64,000 nucleotides of DNA, taken from the NCBI GenBank assembly GCA_043228905.1, contig JBHGNT010000009.1, forward strand, positions 21,514,001 to 21,578,000. Reading direction: 5' to 3'. The notes below the pieces were generated by a model. The model searched no databases, was not told where the DNA came from, and saw only the letters and a list, made by a program, of their open reading frames with translations. This DNA is from Azolla caroliniana. Lineage: Eukaryota; Plantae; Polypodiophyta. The translations under genes and the position numbers were made by a program. Below are positions 28,092 through 44,845 of the stretch, piece by piece (within the stretch, counting starts at the first letter, position 1; the number at the start of each line of letters is the position of its first letter).

Positions 28092-28140
28092 ACCTGGTTA
28101 AATCTCTATGTGACAGAGGAGGCGCCATAGCCATGGGCAC
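26260..28140 (-). CDS. PLS-class PPR protein (626 aa) with E1/partial E2 extension, no DYW; N-terminal poly-His
   Basis: Intronless ORF with repeated LVDMYGKCG / VSWNAMI motifs and a terminal HYVCVIDLLGRAG...AWLCLLGASKTHGD...LDPKDPAPCVALLNFY. Confidence 0.95.
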
Positions 28141-28222
28141 ACAGTGAAGCGAAAGCTTCCATTGCTCTGTACCTCTTCAGAGGAGGGAAGCAGAAACCCA
28201 AGACATTCTTGTTTATGTGAAT

Positions 28223-28470
28223 TTTGAAGAAAAAATGCAGCTATACATTTGGAGGGTATTTGGGGGATTTCATGAAACATATTGGGGGGTATTCCCCAAA
28301 ACAAAACAAACAAAAATCCTGCCTTGTTTATATTATAGGTTTCAGGAAATTTGAAGAAAATTGCAGCTATATATTTGGAGGGTATTTGGGGGATTTTATG
28401 AAACATATTGGGTGGGGGTATTCTTGATCAATTTTTTTCTCTTCCTGCTAGAAAAAACAAACAAAAATCC
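28223..28470. repeat. ~127-bp tandem duplication just upstream of the second PPR gene
   Basis: TTTGAAGAAAA(A)..TGCAGCTATA.ATTTGGAGGGTATTTGGGGGATTT.ATGAAACATATTGGG...AAACAAACAAAAATCC occurs at ~28223 and ~28350. Confidence 0.88.
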
Positions 28471-29655
28471 CGCCCCCAAATGAGTCATCAGTCGGGCAAT
28501 GAAACATCCACATGTCTACATTTTGGGTGCCACTGTCCAGATGGGACACATCACTCTGCTAAGCGAAACTCCTGCATATTATTGCATATTGGTTGTTAAA
28601 AGCACAAACCGATAAACCAATTGTACAACTAATTTTAATGGGTTTAAGGATAGGATAGCTGGGAAAACAATTATCGGACAAACCCATATGGAGCTACGAC
28701 ATGTGGGAACACATGGTAGTCTAGGAGCCTTACGTGTTGGGCTTTATAAAGGGGACTAGCCACCCCCCTCATCACAACATCTCAAAACCTTGTCGAGTCT
28801 CTATTGGTGCGGAAACAACCAAGATATGACATTAGCACCAATATATTGATCTATAGGAAAGCCTTTTTCCCAAGTTCTTGGAGAAACTTTGTGCCATATA
28901 TTGCAGTTGGCGATTTGTTCCCCTGTTTGAGTCAAGTATTGCTAAGCCATGCAAACAATTCCACCACATTTGACCTCAAAATTCTGCTGTACATAAAGCT
29001 ACAGCTCTCTTTTGTTTTGAAGCTCCTCAATCTTCAATATCACATAGAAATGTCTTTGTCTTTTGCATGATAGCAACTTTTACTTCACATGTCCATTATG
29101 GGCATTCAATGTCTCACGCAATTCTCCATATATTATTAGAAGTTGTTATGGAAATACAAAATTCTAAGCAGTATGGATGGTTGAATTGAAGAAACGAAAA
29201 CCACATGATTCTGAGTTACTCAAATGATCACTAATTAGGAAAGATGCCGAACCACCAGCAAGATATTCCAAATTGTATATGAAGAAACCCGAGTCAATGT
29301 TTTCTTTTGAATTGATGGATAAAGGCAAATCACTGCTTTCTAGATAGATTTGCATAGAGAATAAATAATTCTCCTTTCCTCTGAGTTAGATCCTAATTGA
29401 ATTACACACAATGGGCATCTCTACACAAGGACATCTTTTGTTTAAACTGTAGATCTGAATTTCATAGTTTAATAAATAAGCTTTCTTTTCCACCATCCCT
29501 TAGAACTCTTGATTTGCAAAGAGCATTTCAAAACCCTGAACATTAAAATTATGCCATTCAACTATATAAACTTCTATACAAGCATTGTGTACCAAACAAA
29601 TCAAGATCCTTGTGAAGTACTTGGAATTATTCAAATAGCAACCATCAACATTTAC

Positions 29656-29856
29656 AAATTTGAACCCTCAACTTGGCCAATCCCCACAAAAAATCACTCT
29701 ATAACTCCCAGCTTTGTTGGCTAAAAGTATATTAATCCAAGATCCACGCAAAATCAAGCATATAAGGGAGGTAACAATCACAAGATTGAGAATTTGAAAC
29801 CCTCAACTTGGCCAATCCCCACAAAAATTCGCTCTATTAAACCCCAGCTTTGTTGA
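29656..29856. repeat. ~65-bp direct duplication downstream of the RGGA-like gene
   Basis: AATTTGAA(A)CCCTCAACTTGGCCAATCCCCACAAAAA...CCCAGCTTTGTTG present twice. Confidence 0.85.
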
Positions 29857-30360
29857 TCCCTGCAAAACTTCGTTCTGACACGGAAAAATAATACTTCGTG
29901 ATTAGAATCTTCGATAGTAGTGCATGTTTTATCTCATACCTGTTGACATGAATTGAAAATATGTTGCATGATTCAAGGACCATATTAAGAAAGGACAAAT
30001 AGATATGGATTAAAGGTCAAAAGAATGCAGATCAGGAGTTGCTTCTCATCTGCCCCTTATCATTGCCTATCTTATAACCATGTCCGTACATAACTATTAT
30101 CACTCCAAAGACCTAAATGAATAATCACATCTGAAAATTAACACAATCTACAGAGCCACAATGGAATTCAAGACTTATGATAACAAAATGCAATGGTAAA
30201 GAGGAAAAAATTTTAATGTCAATACATTATCAAGCTGTTCCAGCTGTCATTAACTAGCTACAAAAAACACTCAATTCAAACGAGGTGGACAATTAAAATT
30301 ATATCAAATAAGCCATGTTTTCTCTTTCTCACACATACTTCCCTCTCCACCATAACCAAA

Positions 30361-33120
30361 TTACTTCCCACCCAAAGTAGGGAATTGACTTGGATCTTCA
30401 ATGCGAGGTGCAGCTATTGATTCTCGAGAGTTCGAATATCCGCCTCCAAAACCGCCCCTGAAACCTCCACGATCACCCCGCCCACCACCTCTGCCATCAC
30501 CTCGTCCCCGACGTCGAGATTGCTCATAAGATCCTTCTCCATCAACAGGCTTGAGAAACTCATTAATGCTTACTGACTGAAAGAAGGCATGGAATCATGA
30601 CTAGAAATCAAACATCTACTATATATATGCGTACTTGCATGCATTTAAACACAATGCACATGTACATACAGAAGTAGATACATACATATATATATGCATA
30701 ATAAGCATCGAATGATGCAATGAGGGCAACCACATGAAAGATTTCCCACACAAGAAGAGGAAGCAGTTCAACAAACGTATGTAGGAATGCATATATTGTA
30801 TACGCATGTGTATTCTATATATCGACTATCACAGAGCACCTTTCTCGCTTTCTCTTCTTTCTCCAAACTTTCCTTCTTCTTGCCTTTATCAGATCCCTGT
30901 AATCAAACAAAAAATTAATAATTAGCACAGTAGCATTTTACACAATGTGTGAGAAGTCAGAGACTTCTATGCCTGTTCCCACCCTGATATCCAGCAAGCC
31001 AAATTAAAAATAAACAAAAACTAGCTGAAAAGCCATAACTTTGTTATATAAAAGAGCAAACTAACCAGTTTCAGAAACACCTCATTGGCATCTTTTTTCT
31101 TCTCCATCAATTGCATCGAATTGAATGCCAAATCAACTTCAACCTTTCTTTCCTCTGCTTTCAAGGCATCAAGGGCTTTTCTCTTCTCCATCAAAATCTT
31201 CTCGTACTCCTCTAATGTCATTTCCTGAAAATATGAGAGATATTTGACAAAATCTCATTGTAAATCACACCAGTATAACTTTGAGCATATATCCACTGCA
31301 TTTACTACCTTATCTTCTTCCTCAGGGGGCTCTTTCTTGTCTTCAGAATTTCCCCGGATCTCATCCTCATTCTTCTCTGGAATCTCGTCTGAGGTAATAG
31401 GCTTTTCCTCAGTAGGCTTTTCCTCAGTAGGCTTTTCTTCCTCCGGAATAACAGTCACTGCCACCTCTCTATCATTTGGATGCATTATAATAAATTACAT
31501 ACATTAAACAGAGAAATCAAGGAGCTCAAGATCTCACAAAAGATATACTAAAAGACCTTACTTATTGGTAGCAGGCTCCTCCACTTCCGCACCCCAATTC
31601 CCTCGGCCAGATCCCTCCCGCTTGATAGCATTCCTATAGAAATATTCAGTCAATTAAGGCACAACAGAACACTTATGATTCCTATTGAAGAGCAGATCTG
31701 CTTACAGCCTTATGGTCTCTCAGTAATTAAGAAAGTATAATCATCATTTTCAGAGAGAGAGAGAGAGAGAGAGAGAATCTTTTTGTAATTGTAGGATCAG
31801 TCAGTTAGGGAACAAAAAAGAACTTATCATTTCAGTAAAACTTTGGAGTCAGTGGCAGTTAATCAACAAAAACAAACAGTTTACCCGCGTCCAGTTCCAC
31901 TTCGACGGTCATACTCGCGCCGTCCAAAGGGAGGACGTTCCTCTCCAACAGGAAAACCACGGCCTCGTCCAGAGAAACGGCCTCGTCCTCCATCAAATGG
32001 AGGCCTACCCTCCACAACATCCCCTTTCGGGAAATTGTTCGAATCTCCATTCGCATAGTTGCCTCCACCCCGACCTCCACCTCTGTAGTCACTTCCATTC
32101 CTGAAATTCTGGTTCCCACGGTCACCCTGAAAGACCTGATCAGAACCACCCTGGACACGATTACCGAAATTTCCTCGCCCTCCTCCCCGCCCCCTCCTAC
32201 TTTTTCCACCTTCATTCTCAGCTTCCCTCACTGAATCATAATGAGATAAAATATTAGATCAGAAAAGAAAACGCATAAACTGTTAAGTGAAACATGTGTA
32301 AGACCCAATAGAAGGAAATACAACTTAGGAATCCTAAAGGTAAAAAGGTCAAATAATAAAAGAAAACAACAACAGAAATTAGTATTCCAAAGTTCAAAGG
32401 AAGGAGAATAATGCAAGAAACCAAAGGATTACAAGTTCGCCATCATAAAGTTAGACCGAGAACGGGGTGCAGATTAGAAACACTAATACAAATTAGGAAC
32501 CCTACTAAGAGCCAAAAAGAATTGAGCACTGAATGAAAACCCTCAATTCTGATACAAAATATGGATAAAAACCCTACATTCAGACCCAAAACAAAGGAAC
32601 ATACTTTGAAATCCTAAATTCAGACCCCTAAAAATAGGTACACATTAAAAACCTGAAATTTGGAACTAAAAAAGAGACAATAAATGTTTAAAATTGTAAA
32701 TTCGGACTCAGAATAAAGCAAACACATATCACACACCTTAAATTCAGTTCCAAAATAGATTACATATGAGAAACACTAACAATCAAAGAAAACGTTTATT
32801 GCCCCAACTTATAAGCAGATCGAAAGCCTACGAACACATACAGAATGATTTTACTAGATTAAACTCCAAAGAAGAAAAGAAAAGACCGAAAAACGGATAA
32901 AGAGCGATCAAAACAACGAAGTAGATGAACCTGATTGGGTGGGAGGAGGAGGCTTGGTGGGAAGCTTTGCAGGAGGTTCGACCTGAATCTGCTTCTTAAG
33001 AGAGAGAGCAGCGGCAGCGGCAGCGGCAGCAGCGGCGGCGGCGGAGGCACGTGCTATAAGAGCAGTTGGGTCGTCATTTTCATCGTCTCCCAGAAGAGCG
33101 AAGAAATTCTGAGTCGCCAT
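30361..33120 (-). CDS. RGGA: RGG-repeat RNA-binding protein, Stm1 N-terminal / HABP4-PAI-RBP1 (SERBP1) family; 7 exons
   Basis: Exons 33120-32931, 32230-31885, 31633-31562, 31468-31309, 31224-31066, 30896-30840, 30576-30361 join in frame at GT-AG sites. Motifs NFFALLGDD, RREYDRRSGTGRG, KREGSGRGNWG, EMTLEEYEK, SVSINEFLKP and C-terminal APRIEDPSQFPTLGGK*. Confidence 0.93.
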
Positions 33121-33519
33121 TTCGCTACTGTGCGAGGGAGCAGGAAATCGAAGATATGGCTACTTGGGCAGCCCTGCGGTGGCAAAAGATGAAGTGGGTC
33201 TTAGCGATGACGAACTGTATCTGATTCCATGGCTATGGGCAGCGAGCTCGGACTCACAGACTCAGACTCAGATAGACAGAGAGAGAGAGAGAGAGAGAGA
33301 TGCTAGAACAGAGGTTTTTCAGAGAGAATGAACTAACTTGAGGGTCCTTTGAGGAATTTTAATAACTCTAGGGTTTCTTTTCTTTCTCTCTGTTCTTCCT
33401 CAGAATGTTTTAAGCTTGAAAGCCCCAACTCCATTGCCCTTTTGTGTGCCTATCATTCATATTCATTCATTCATTCATTCAATCAATCAATCGTATCTTC
33501 TAAGTCAAACATCCAATCG

Positions 33520-33941
33520 ATATGTATATATATATCTCGATGAGGACCTTAATCCCTTATGCCTCAATATGTACTACTCTGCTCTCTCGGAATTGTGGGG
33601 GGGATATGTATATATATCTCGATGAGGACCTTAATCCCTTATGCCTCAATATGTACTACTTTGCTCTCTCGGAATTGTGGGGGGGATATGTATATATATC
33701 TCGATGAGGACCTTAATCCCTTATGCCTCAATATGTACTACTCTGCTCTCTCGGAATTGTGGGGGGGATATGTATATATATCTCGATGAGGACCTTAATC
33801 CCTTATGCCTCAATATGTACTACTCTGCTCTCTCGGAATTGTGGGGGGGATATGTATATATATCTCGATGAGGACCTTAATCCCTTATGTTTCAATATAT
33901 ATTACTCTGCTCTCTCGGAATTGTGTGTGTGGGGGGGGGGG
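33520..33941. repeat. 82-bp minisatellite, 5 copies, upstream of the RGGA-like gene
   Basis: GATGAGGACCTTAATCCC recurs at 33539, 33621, 33703, 33785 and 33867; the copies are nearly identical. Confidence 0.97.
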
Positions 33942-36297
33942 ACGCTTGGTTTTCCCCCTTTAATACATCTTTTGGCTAGGCGATAATCGGCTAACGTGTA
34001 CGTGTTCTATCTATACAAGGGTTCAATGTGTGAAACATTGAGAGTATTGGGTATGCAAACTAATGCGCATCTCCCAACTGAAATGCCTTTAATATCTATC
34101 TATGGTCATTTATGCTCCATAGAGAAACTTCAACCTGATGATGGATGACTTCTTGTGTGCATCTCTCTCAACTAAATGTCTTTAATGGCCATGTCAATTG
34201 TCGTACTCCCTTTATCAAATAATAGAATTGGTTGGCTTATTTCCATTGAGATATACATAAGAATTTCATGAAGACAACATGGACTCCTTTTGTAAGGGTA
34301 GTATTGTGTTGCCATCAAATGAACATCCTTGACGCGAAATTTTCTCTTTATCTATTTTATGCTCCTATTTCTTTATCTATTTTATGCTCCTATTGTGTTA
34401 AATCTCTTGTATTAAGAGTTGAATTTGATACTAAGCTAGAAGTCATAGCAAGAAAGTTTTAGAAATGTTTTTGTGTATGTTTCGAATCAAAAGTTTTTTG
34501 TTTTTTCATAGCACATCAAGGTTTGTTACCTTTATCTGTACCAAGTCAATCAAATACAATGAAATTTTCCTTTCAATATCACATGTTATAATATCCTAAC
34601 CTATGGGCCACATATAATAATACACGCGATGCACCCCAACATATATCCGATGCAATGATTTCGAGTTCATGCTTGCTTTATGCTAGTGAAATAATAGTAC
34701 AATGACAATAAAGTGCTTAAATGTTCACTGAATAAAGGGCATGCCAGGCAAGTATATGTCCTGATTGAGTAATCATTGTTGTCCATAATGTAGCATGATG
34801 CCTACTTACATATATCGAATGAATGGAATCTAATATTCTATGAGAATATGAAATGGGATCTGGTTCCAATTTGTAGAATCATTATCCCATTAGGGGCAAG
34901 AAGATAAGCACATAAACGTTCAAAAACATATCCTACAGTTACTGATCAAGGTACTTACAAGGAACCTAAGATCATGTTGCAATCACTCTCTAAGGAGTCC
35001 CCTAAGTTTTGGTAGTAAGCACCACAAATTCTTACCCCCAATTTCTCCCTCCTTTTTGGCTAATCTTAGCACAATGTTGCAAACGCAACAATTCAACACC
35101 ATCAATGACCCCATTTCGTGAAATTCAAGTGTTTTTTCAATGACTTCCCATAATTAAAATATAGTATCTTTAGTCCTAAAAAGAGCGATGTGCAAATCAC
35201 ATAAGACATTATACACATATCAATACAAGCAACAAGAGAATGTCTTTGACTCAATCTAAAGCTTTATAGATCTTTGTGAACTACTTGCTAAAATGAGCTA
35301 TAAGATGAAAGGTGCAACTCAAAGGTGCCCTACTACAACCTCCATGCAAGATTATGAGTTTGCAACTCACTTCATATTTTGTTATCCATCATTTAAGGAA
35401 TTGCCAAGAATCAAGAAGTACAAAGTTTAACTACCTTATAATGATAGGAAAAGTAAAATCAATAGGTATGTGAGTTAAATATTAATGTTAATATACTAGT
35501 AAGGAAATCATTGTGTATTATTATTAAAGAGGAATCATATTCATATTGGGAACATTCTCCATGAACTTGAATGTACAAAGAGTCAATGTCTTACAACAAC
35601 TAAAAGAATGCAAATTCATTTAGCCTTGGTTGATAAAAGACCTCATTAGTAATACCACAATAAGCATATTGAGTTGTTCTACAGCCTGATTATTTTCTTG
35701 TACTCCCAAGTCTTAGATGTTGATTGCACACCTTTATGCACCATTAACATAAAAATCGACATCAATAATAAGATCATGAACTATTTAGGACCAAATACAA
35801 GGATCTTTATGGTGCATTGAAGAAGCCACAACCAACAAATGATCAAGTTCAATCAATAGAAGTGTAAATTACCATTCATAATTTATTTGCCAACAACTAG
35901 GCTTATTTGGGTAAGGTCTTCAACCAAAGAAGACGACTTTATATATACTTAAGGACTGGGACGGCATCGACAATTGCCCTGAATAAGATCATGACATAAT
36001 AATGAAGATTTAACTCTTTTTTACAATTGTCTTTTGGTATAGAATAAATGAAGTATAGGAGCTTCTCAAACTGTACAAGCCTTCCTTCCTCTATTATAGG
36101 TGAAAGGCATCACTACTACCTTGATTTACTTGGTTAGTTCAGAAATTCCACATAGCTACAGAAGTGATCTATAACTTTGAAACATCCCAAATCTTTGCGC
36201 CTTGTGGTACTTCTGGTCCTTGTATCTTCTTGCTTAACCATTGATCCTTTCATTGATCATATTGAGATTACTAAAGCACCTTGGTATTCTGTTGAAT

Positions 36298-40811
<4,514 letters not shown>

Positions 40812-41871
40812 AGCTAGCTATGTATATATGTACAATGTGGAAGAGAAACAGATGAGACTTTATTCAACAACAAATTGATAATCTGTGTATAAATTTTTTT
40901 CTCTTTCTTAGAAACTGATCGGGGGCTCTGTAAAAATCAGATGTGTTCTCTGGATAGAAGAACTGATTTTTAATATGGCTGTCTATACAAACGTTTCTGT
41001 TCAAGCTCGATTAATCTGATTACAAATAGATGAATCGCTGATGTTCAATTCTGCATATAAATCTCCTCTCTTCCACTGTAAACTGATACAGGGTTCTGTA
41101 GAAATCAGAAGGCTTGTGTGTATATCCCAGAATTAAAAACTTAATCTATTTGATCAAACGTTTCTGATGCGAGCTCGATTAATCTAACTACAAACTCTCT
41201 CTTTTTCTTTTAGAAACGGATAAAATTCTCTCCAAAAACTGAAGGGCTTTTTTCTCTTTGTATCTCAGAACAAGATAATGACAGTTTGCACAAAGTTTCT
41301 GATCGCAGCTTTGGTTATCCAGCTATGAATATTCTCTCTTTTCTTGAGAATGGATTAGAGTTTCCTGAAAGAAACAAAACCACCAATGCTTGTTGTAGAA
41401 TAGCAGAAACGTTGGCTTGATCTAACTTTAAATCTTCCCAATTTCATTCAGAAACGGAGGGAACACTTTTTCCTGCTAAAAAACAGCCAGAAAGACTTGG
41501 CGTGAAGGATCTCAAACCTGATATAAATATGAATGCATATATATATATATATATATATATATGCGTGCCCAACGCGATGATCGGTTCTGAAGAAGATAAT
41601 ATCTTGAGATGGAAGTTAGATGGGGGATAGGGAGAGGTAGCGATGGCGATGGCGATGGTGATGGCGTGATTTAATGGAAACAGGAAAGACAGCGCAGGAA
41701 GAAGGTGCTGCGAAGGGACGGACGGAGAAGGAGAAGGAAACGGACGAAAAGCGAGATGAAAGGCGAAACGGGAAGCAGAAGAAACGCGTTTCCGCCATAG
41801 CCAATGGAAGAAGGAACAGAGTAAAGAACAGAGCAGGAAGAAAAAAAAAACACGTGTCTTTTTTAGGTTTT

Positions 41872-42486
41872 CCATAATTTCGAATAATACCCCTACCAGT
41901 CTCTACACACGTGCCCTACCCTCCTCAAAAAGACGTATCGTTTGTTTGATTTTCCCGTATTTCGAATAATACCCCTACTAATCTCTAGATACGTGTCCTA
42001 TCCCCCCCCCCCCCCCCCCCCCACACACACACATAGCCTTTGTTCAATTCCATATTTCGAATAATACCCCTACTAATTTCTCTACACGTGTCGTTTTCCC
42101 ATATTTCGAATAATACCCCTACCAATCTCTTTACACATGTCGTTTTCCCGTATTTCGAGTAATACCCCTACCAGTCTCTTTACACATTGTCGTTTTCCCG
42201 TATTTCGAATAATACCCTTACCAGTCTCTTTACATGTGTCGTTTTCCCGTATTTCGAGTAATACCCCTACCAGTCTCTTTACATGTGTCGTTTTCTAGTA
42301 TTTCAAGTAATACCCCTACCAGTCTCTTTACATGTGTCGTTTTCCCGTATTTCGAGTAATACCCCTACTAGTCTCTTTACATGTGTCCTTTTCCCGTATT
42401 TCGAATAATACCCCTACCAATCTCTTTACACGTGTCCTTTGTTCAATTCCATATTTCGAATAATACCCCTACTAGTCTCTCTACAC
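41872..42486. repeat. ~49-bp tandem array (~11 copies) upstream of the CDPK gene, containing G-box/ABRE motifs
   Basis: Unit CCGTATTTCGA(A/G)TAATACCCCTACCAGTCTCTTTACA(C/T)GTGTCGTTTTC; intact CACGTG at 41908, 42085 and 42429. Confidence 0.95.
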
Positions 42487-42622
42487 TTAGTCTCCATTGG
42501 GCAACCTTACAAATTGGGCTATATCCATCTAAGTTATCTCTCTTTGAGCTATAACATTTCACGTGATCGTTATTGTAGCACCCCCGCGTGTGTATTGATA
42601 CAATTACAATAGCATCTCACGT

Positions 42623-43846
42623 TGTCGTGTGAATCTTCACACACTATGTAAAAAAATAATGAAATATTTATTATAGATTAGATTAATAGCTTACTATAGA
42701 AATATGGATATACCCAAGAGCTTCAAAACGTATTTTACTATATACAAAATGGAGAAATACATATCAAGTTATGTGAAAATAAAGTTTGAGAAGATAGAGA
42801 AATTAGAACTATCCCACATAGATAGGAAAGTTAAGGCCCTGGCTATATAACCACCTTGAGCTCCCTCATTTTTCATTTGTTCTAAGAGCACTTTGGCCAC
42901 TTTGTCTTGATGGATGATAGTGGTCAAATTCCCTAAATCCGGAAATCGGTCGGTAAGCAAATTCGGAAAACGGGTTCGATAAGCAAAGTTGAAACTAGAA
43001 TCGGCCAGCAAGCAAAACTAGAACCGGAACAGTTCGGCAAGCAAAATCGGAAACTAGCCGGTAAGCAAAATTGGAACCGTAATCGGCAAGCAAAACGGAA
43101 CCAGAACCGACCGGCAAGCAAAATAGAACCGGCCAGCGAGGGATTCGGCGATCGGGCGAAATCGGCGACCGTATGAGGTTGGACGCAAATCAAACGGATA
43201 AAAGGATCATGTGGCTATTTAAAGAAAGGTAAAAGAGACTAAAGTAAAGGTCAAGTGGACGATCGCATCCAACTAAAGAAAAAGCCATGCAACTAAAAAT
43301 AGATTCAATGAAAAGAAAAGCTATGCAACTAAAAGTAGAGGCCATGCAACAAAAAGTTGAGGCATATGATCAACGAGGAACTCCATATATAATTCCATTT
43401 TTTTTCCTATACTCATAGGGACTCTCCATATTATCTTAATTTTCTTTTCCTTCTCAACTCCCTTATCTTAGGAAAGTCATATCTCTCATAAACCCTAATC
43501 TTCCCTACGGAAGCCATAACACTCAAAAACGTTAATCTTCCCTACGGAAGCCATAATACTCATATAACCATAATCTCTTATGAAAGCCAAGAACCCTAAA
43601 TCTCTATAGAATCCATATCTTAGTTTCTTCTAATCTATTATTCTAGCAATCTCCTTAAGATAAAACTTTTGTAATCTCAATATTGAGATTGATTGTAATC
43701 TTTCTTTTCCGTTATTAATGAAATTTGTGAATCTTTATCATTTTGTATTAATTGTTTAATATAATCATACGAATCTGATATCTTCCGGTCGGAGGCCCCG
43801 GGGTCCTGCCTCAAAGTTCACGTATCCTCGTCGTATTTTCGTGACA
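42623..43846 (+). mobile_element. Solo LTR (1224 bp)
   Basis: TGTC...GACA termini; ACGT duplicated on both sides. The uninterrupted target TAGCATCTCACGTGATAGCCAAG is visible in the duplicate at ~44853. Internal short tandem repeats at 42950-43140. Confidence 0.8.
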
Positions 43847-43936
43847 ACGTGATAGCCAAGTAGCGAACGTGCATGGCAGCCACATACCATTAAGGCTAGG
43901 TGATGAGCATCGCGTGTGTATTGATACAATTACAAT

Positions 43937-44845
43937 CATAGAACGTAATATTCGTGTTCGTGGTAGCATTCAAACGTTTGAATATGTTTGGAAACGAACA
44001 CGTTGGAAAGGGGAAAAATACGTGTTCCTTTTTTTTTTTCTTTTTTTTCTTTTTTTTACTTCTCTCTCTCTCTCTCTCTCTCTCCTCCTCCTCATGAATC
44101 TTCTTCTGCTACTCATGATTAGAACGCCACTCATCCGCCATATCTTGGTGACCATGATTTCTCCAACAATTCTGTTGTGTCTTCGGGTATGGCTATGGCA
44201 TTCTTCTTTACAACGACTCTGCCGCCAGGCCATGGATGCAATGATCCATGGTTTCTACTACATCTCAGCCTCCTCAGTATAATTCATGGGGAGCGATGGG
44301 GAGCTCTGGGCAGTAGGTGTGGCTCATGATCGTGGAGAGGATGAGGGAGGAGATCCTTAGAGCTAGGGACATGCTCAGAGCCAACATTAATCTCAAGAAC
44401 ACCGTGATGATGAGCAAGAAGAACAGAAGCTTGATCCACCATGTCGACGAGAATCAGATGAATCATAGTCATGGACCATGGTGATCCTCAAAAACAAAAT
44501 CAGAATCAGAGTCATCACGATGATGGCGATGATCAGAAAAATATGAAAAATATGAAGAATATGAGGACGACGAAGAGAAGGAAGTGAATGGTCTTGGGAA
44601 TACTGCCATAGAAGTTGAAGCTTTAGCTCATAACACTTGCCACTCTCTTGCTCTGTCCCCCTCTTTCTCTCTCTTTCTAATGTTTAGTACTTTAATAATT
44701 TCTAAAGTATTGAAACCTATTACATGTGATTCAATCAATACCATTCTTATGTATCCAATCCAACGTTAAGATGATTTACCATACACGTATTATTGAATCA
44801 TTCGTGAATGCGAATGCACGTGTGATACGAATGGTTCATTCTATG
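43937..44845. mobile_element. Non-autonomous hAT-type element (909 bp)
   Basis: TIRs CATAGAA...TTCTATG; 8-bp TSD ATTACAAT / ATTACAGT; TTCG/CGAA subterminal motifs. The empty site is visible at 42603-42620. Confidence 0.82.

Noticed and set aside
33520-33941. CRISPR-like appearance of regular repeats (also 41872-42486)
   Set aside because: The units are head-to-tail with no unique spacers, there are no cas genes, and the DNA is eukaryotic. These are minisatellites.
41444-41877. Overlapping 60-143 aa ORFs upstream of the CDPK
   Set aside because: Low-complexity translations of a CT/GA-rich 5' leader; not credible proteins.
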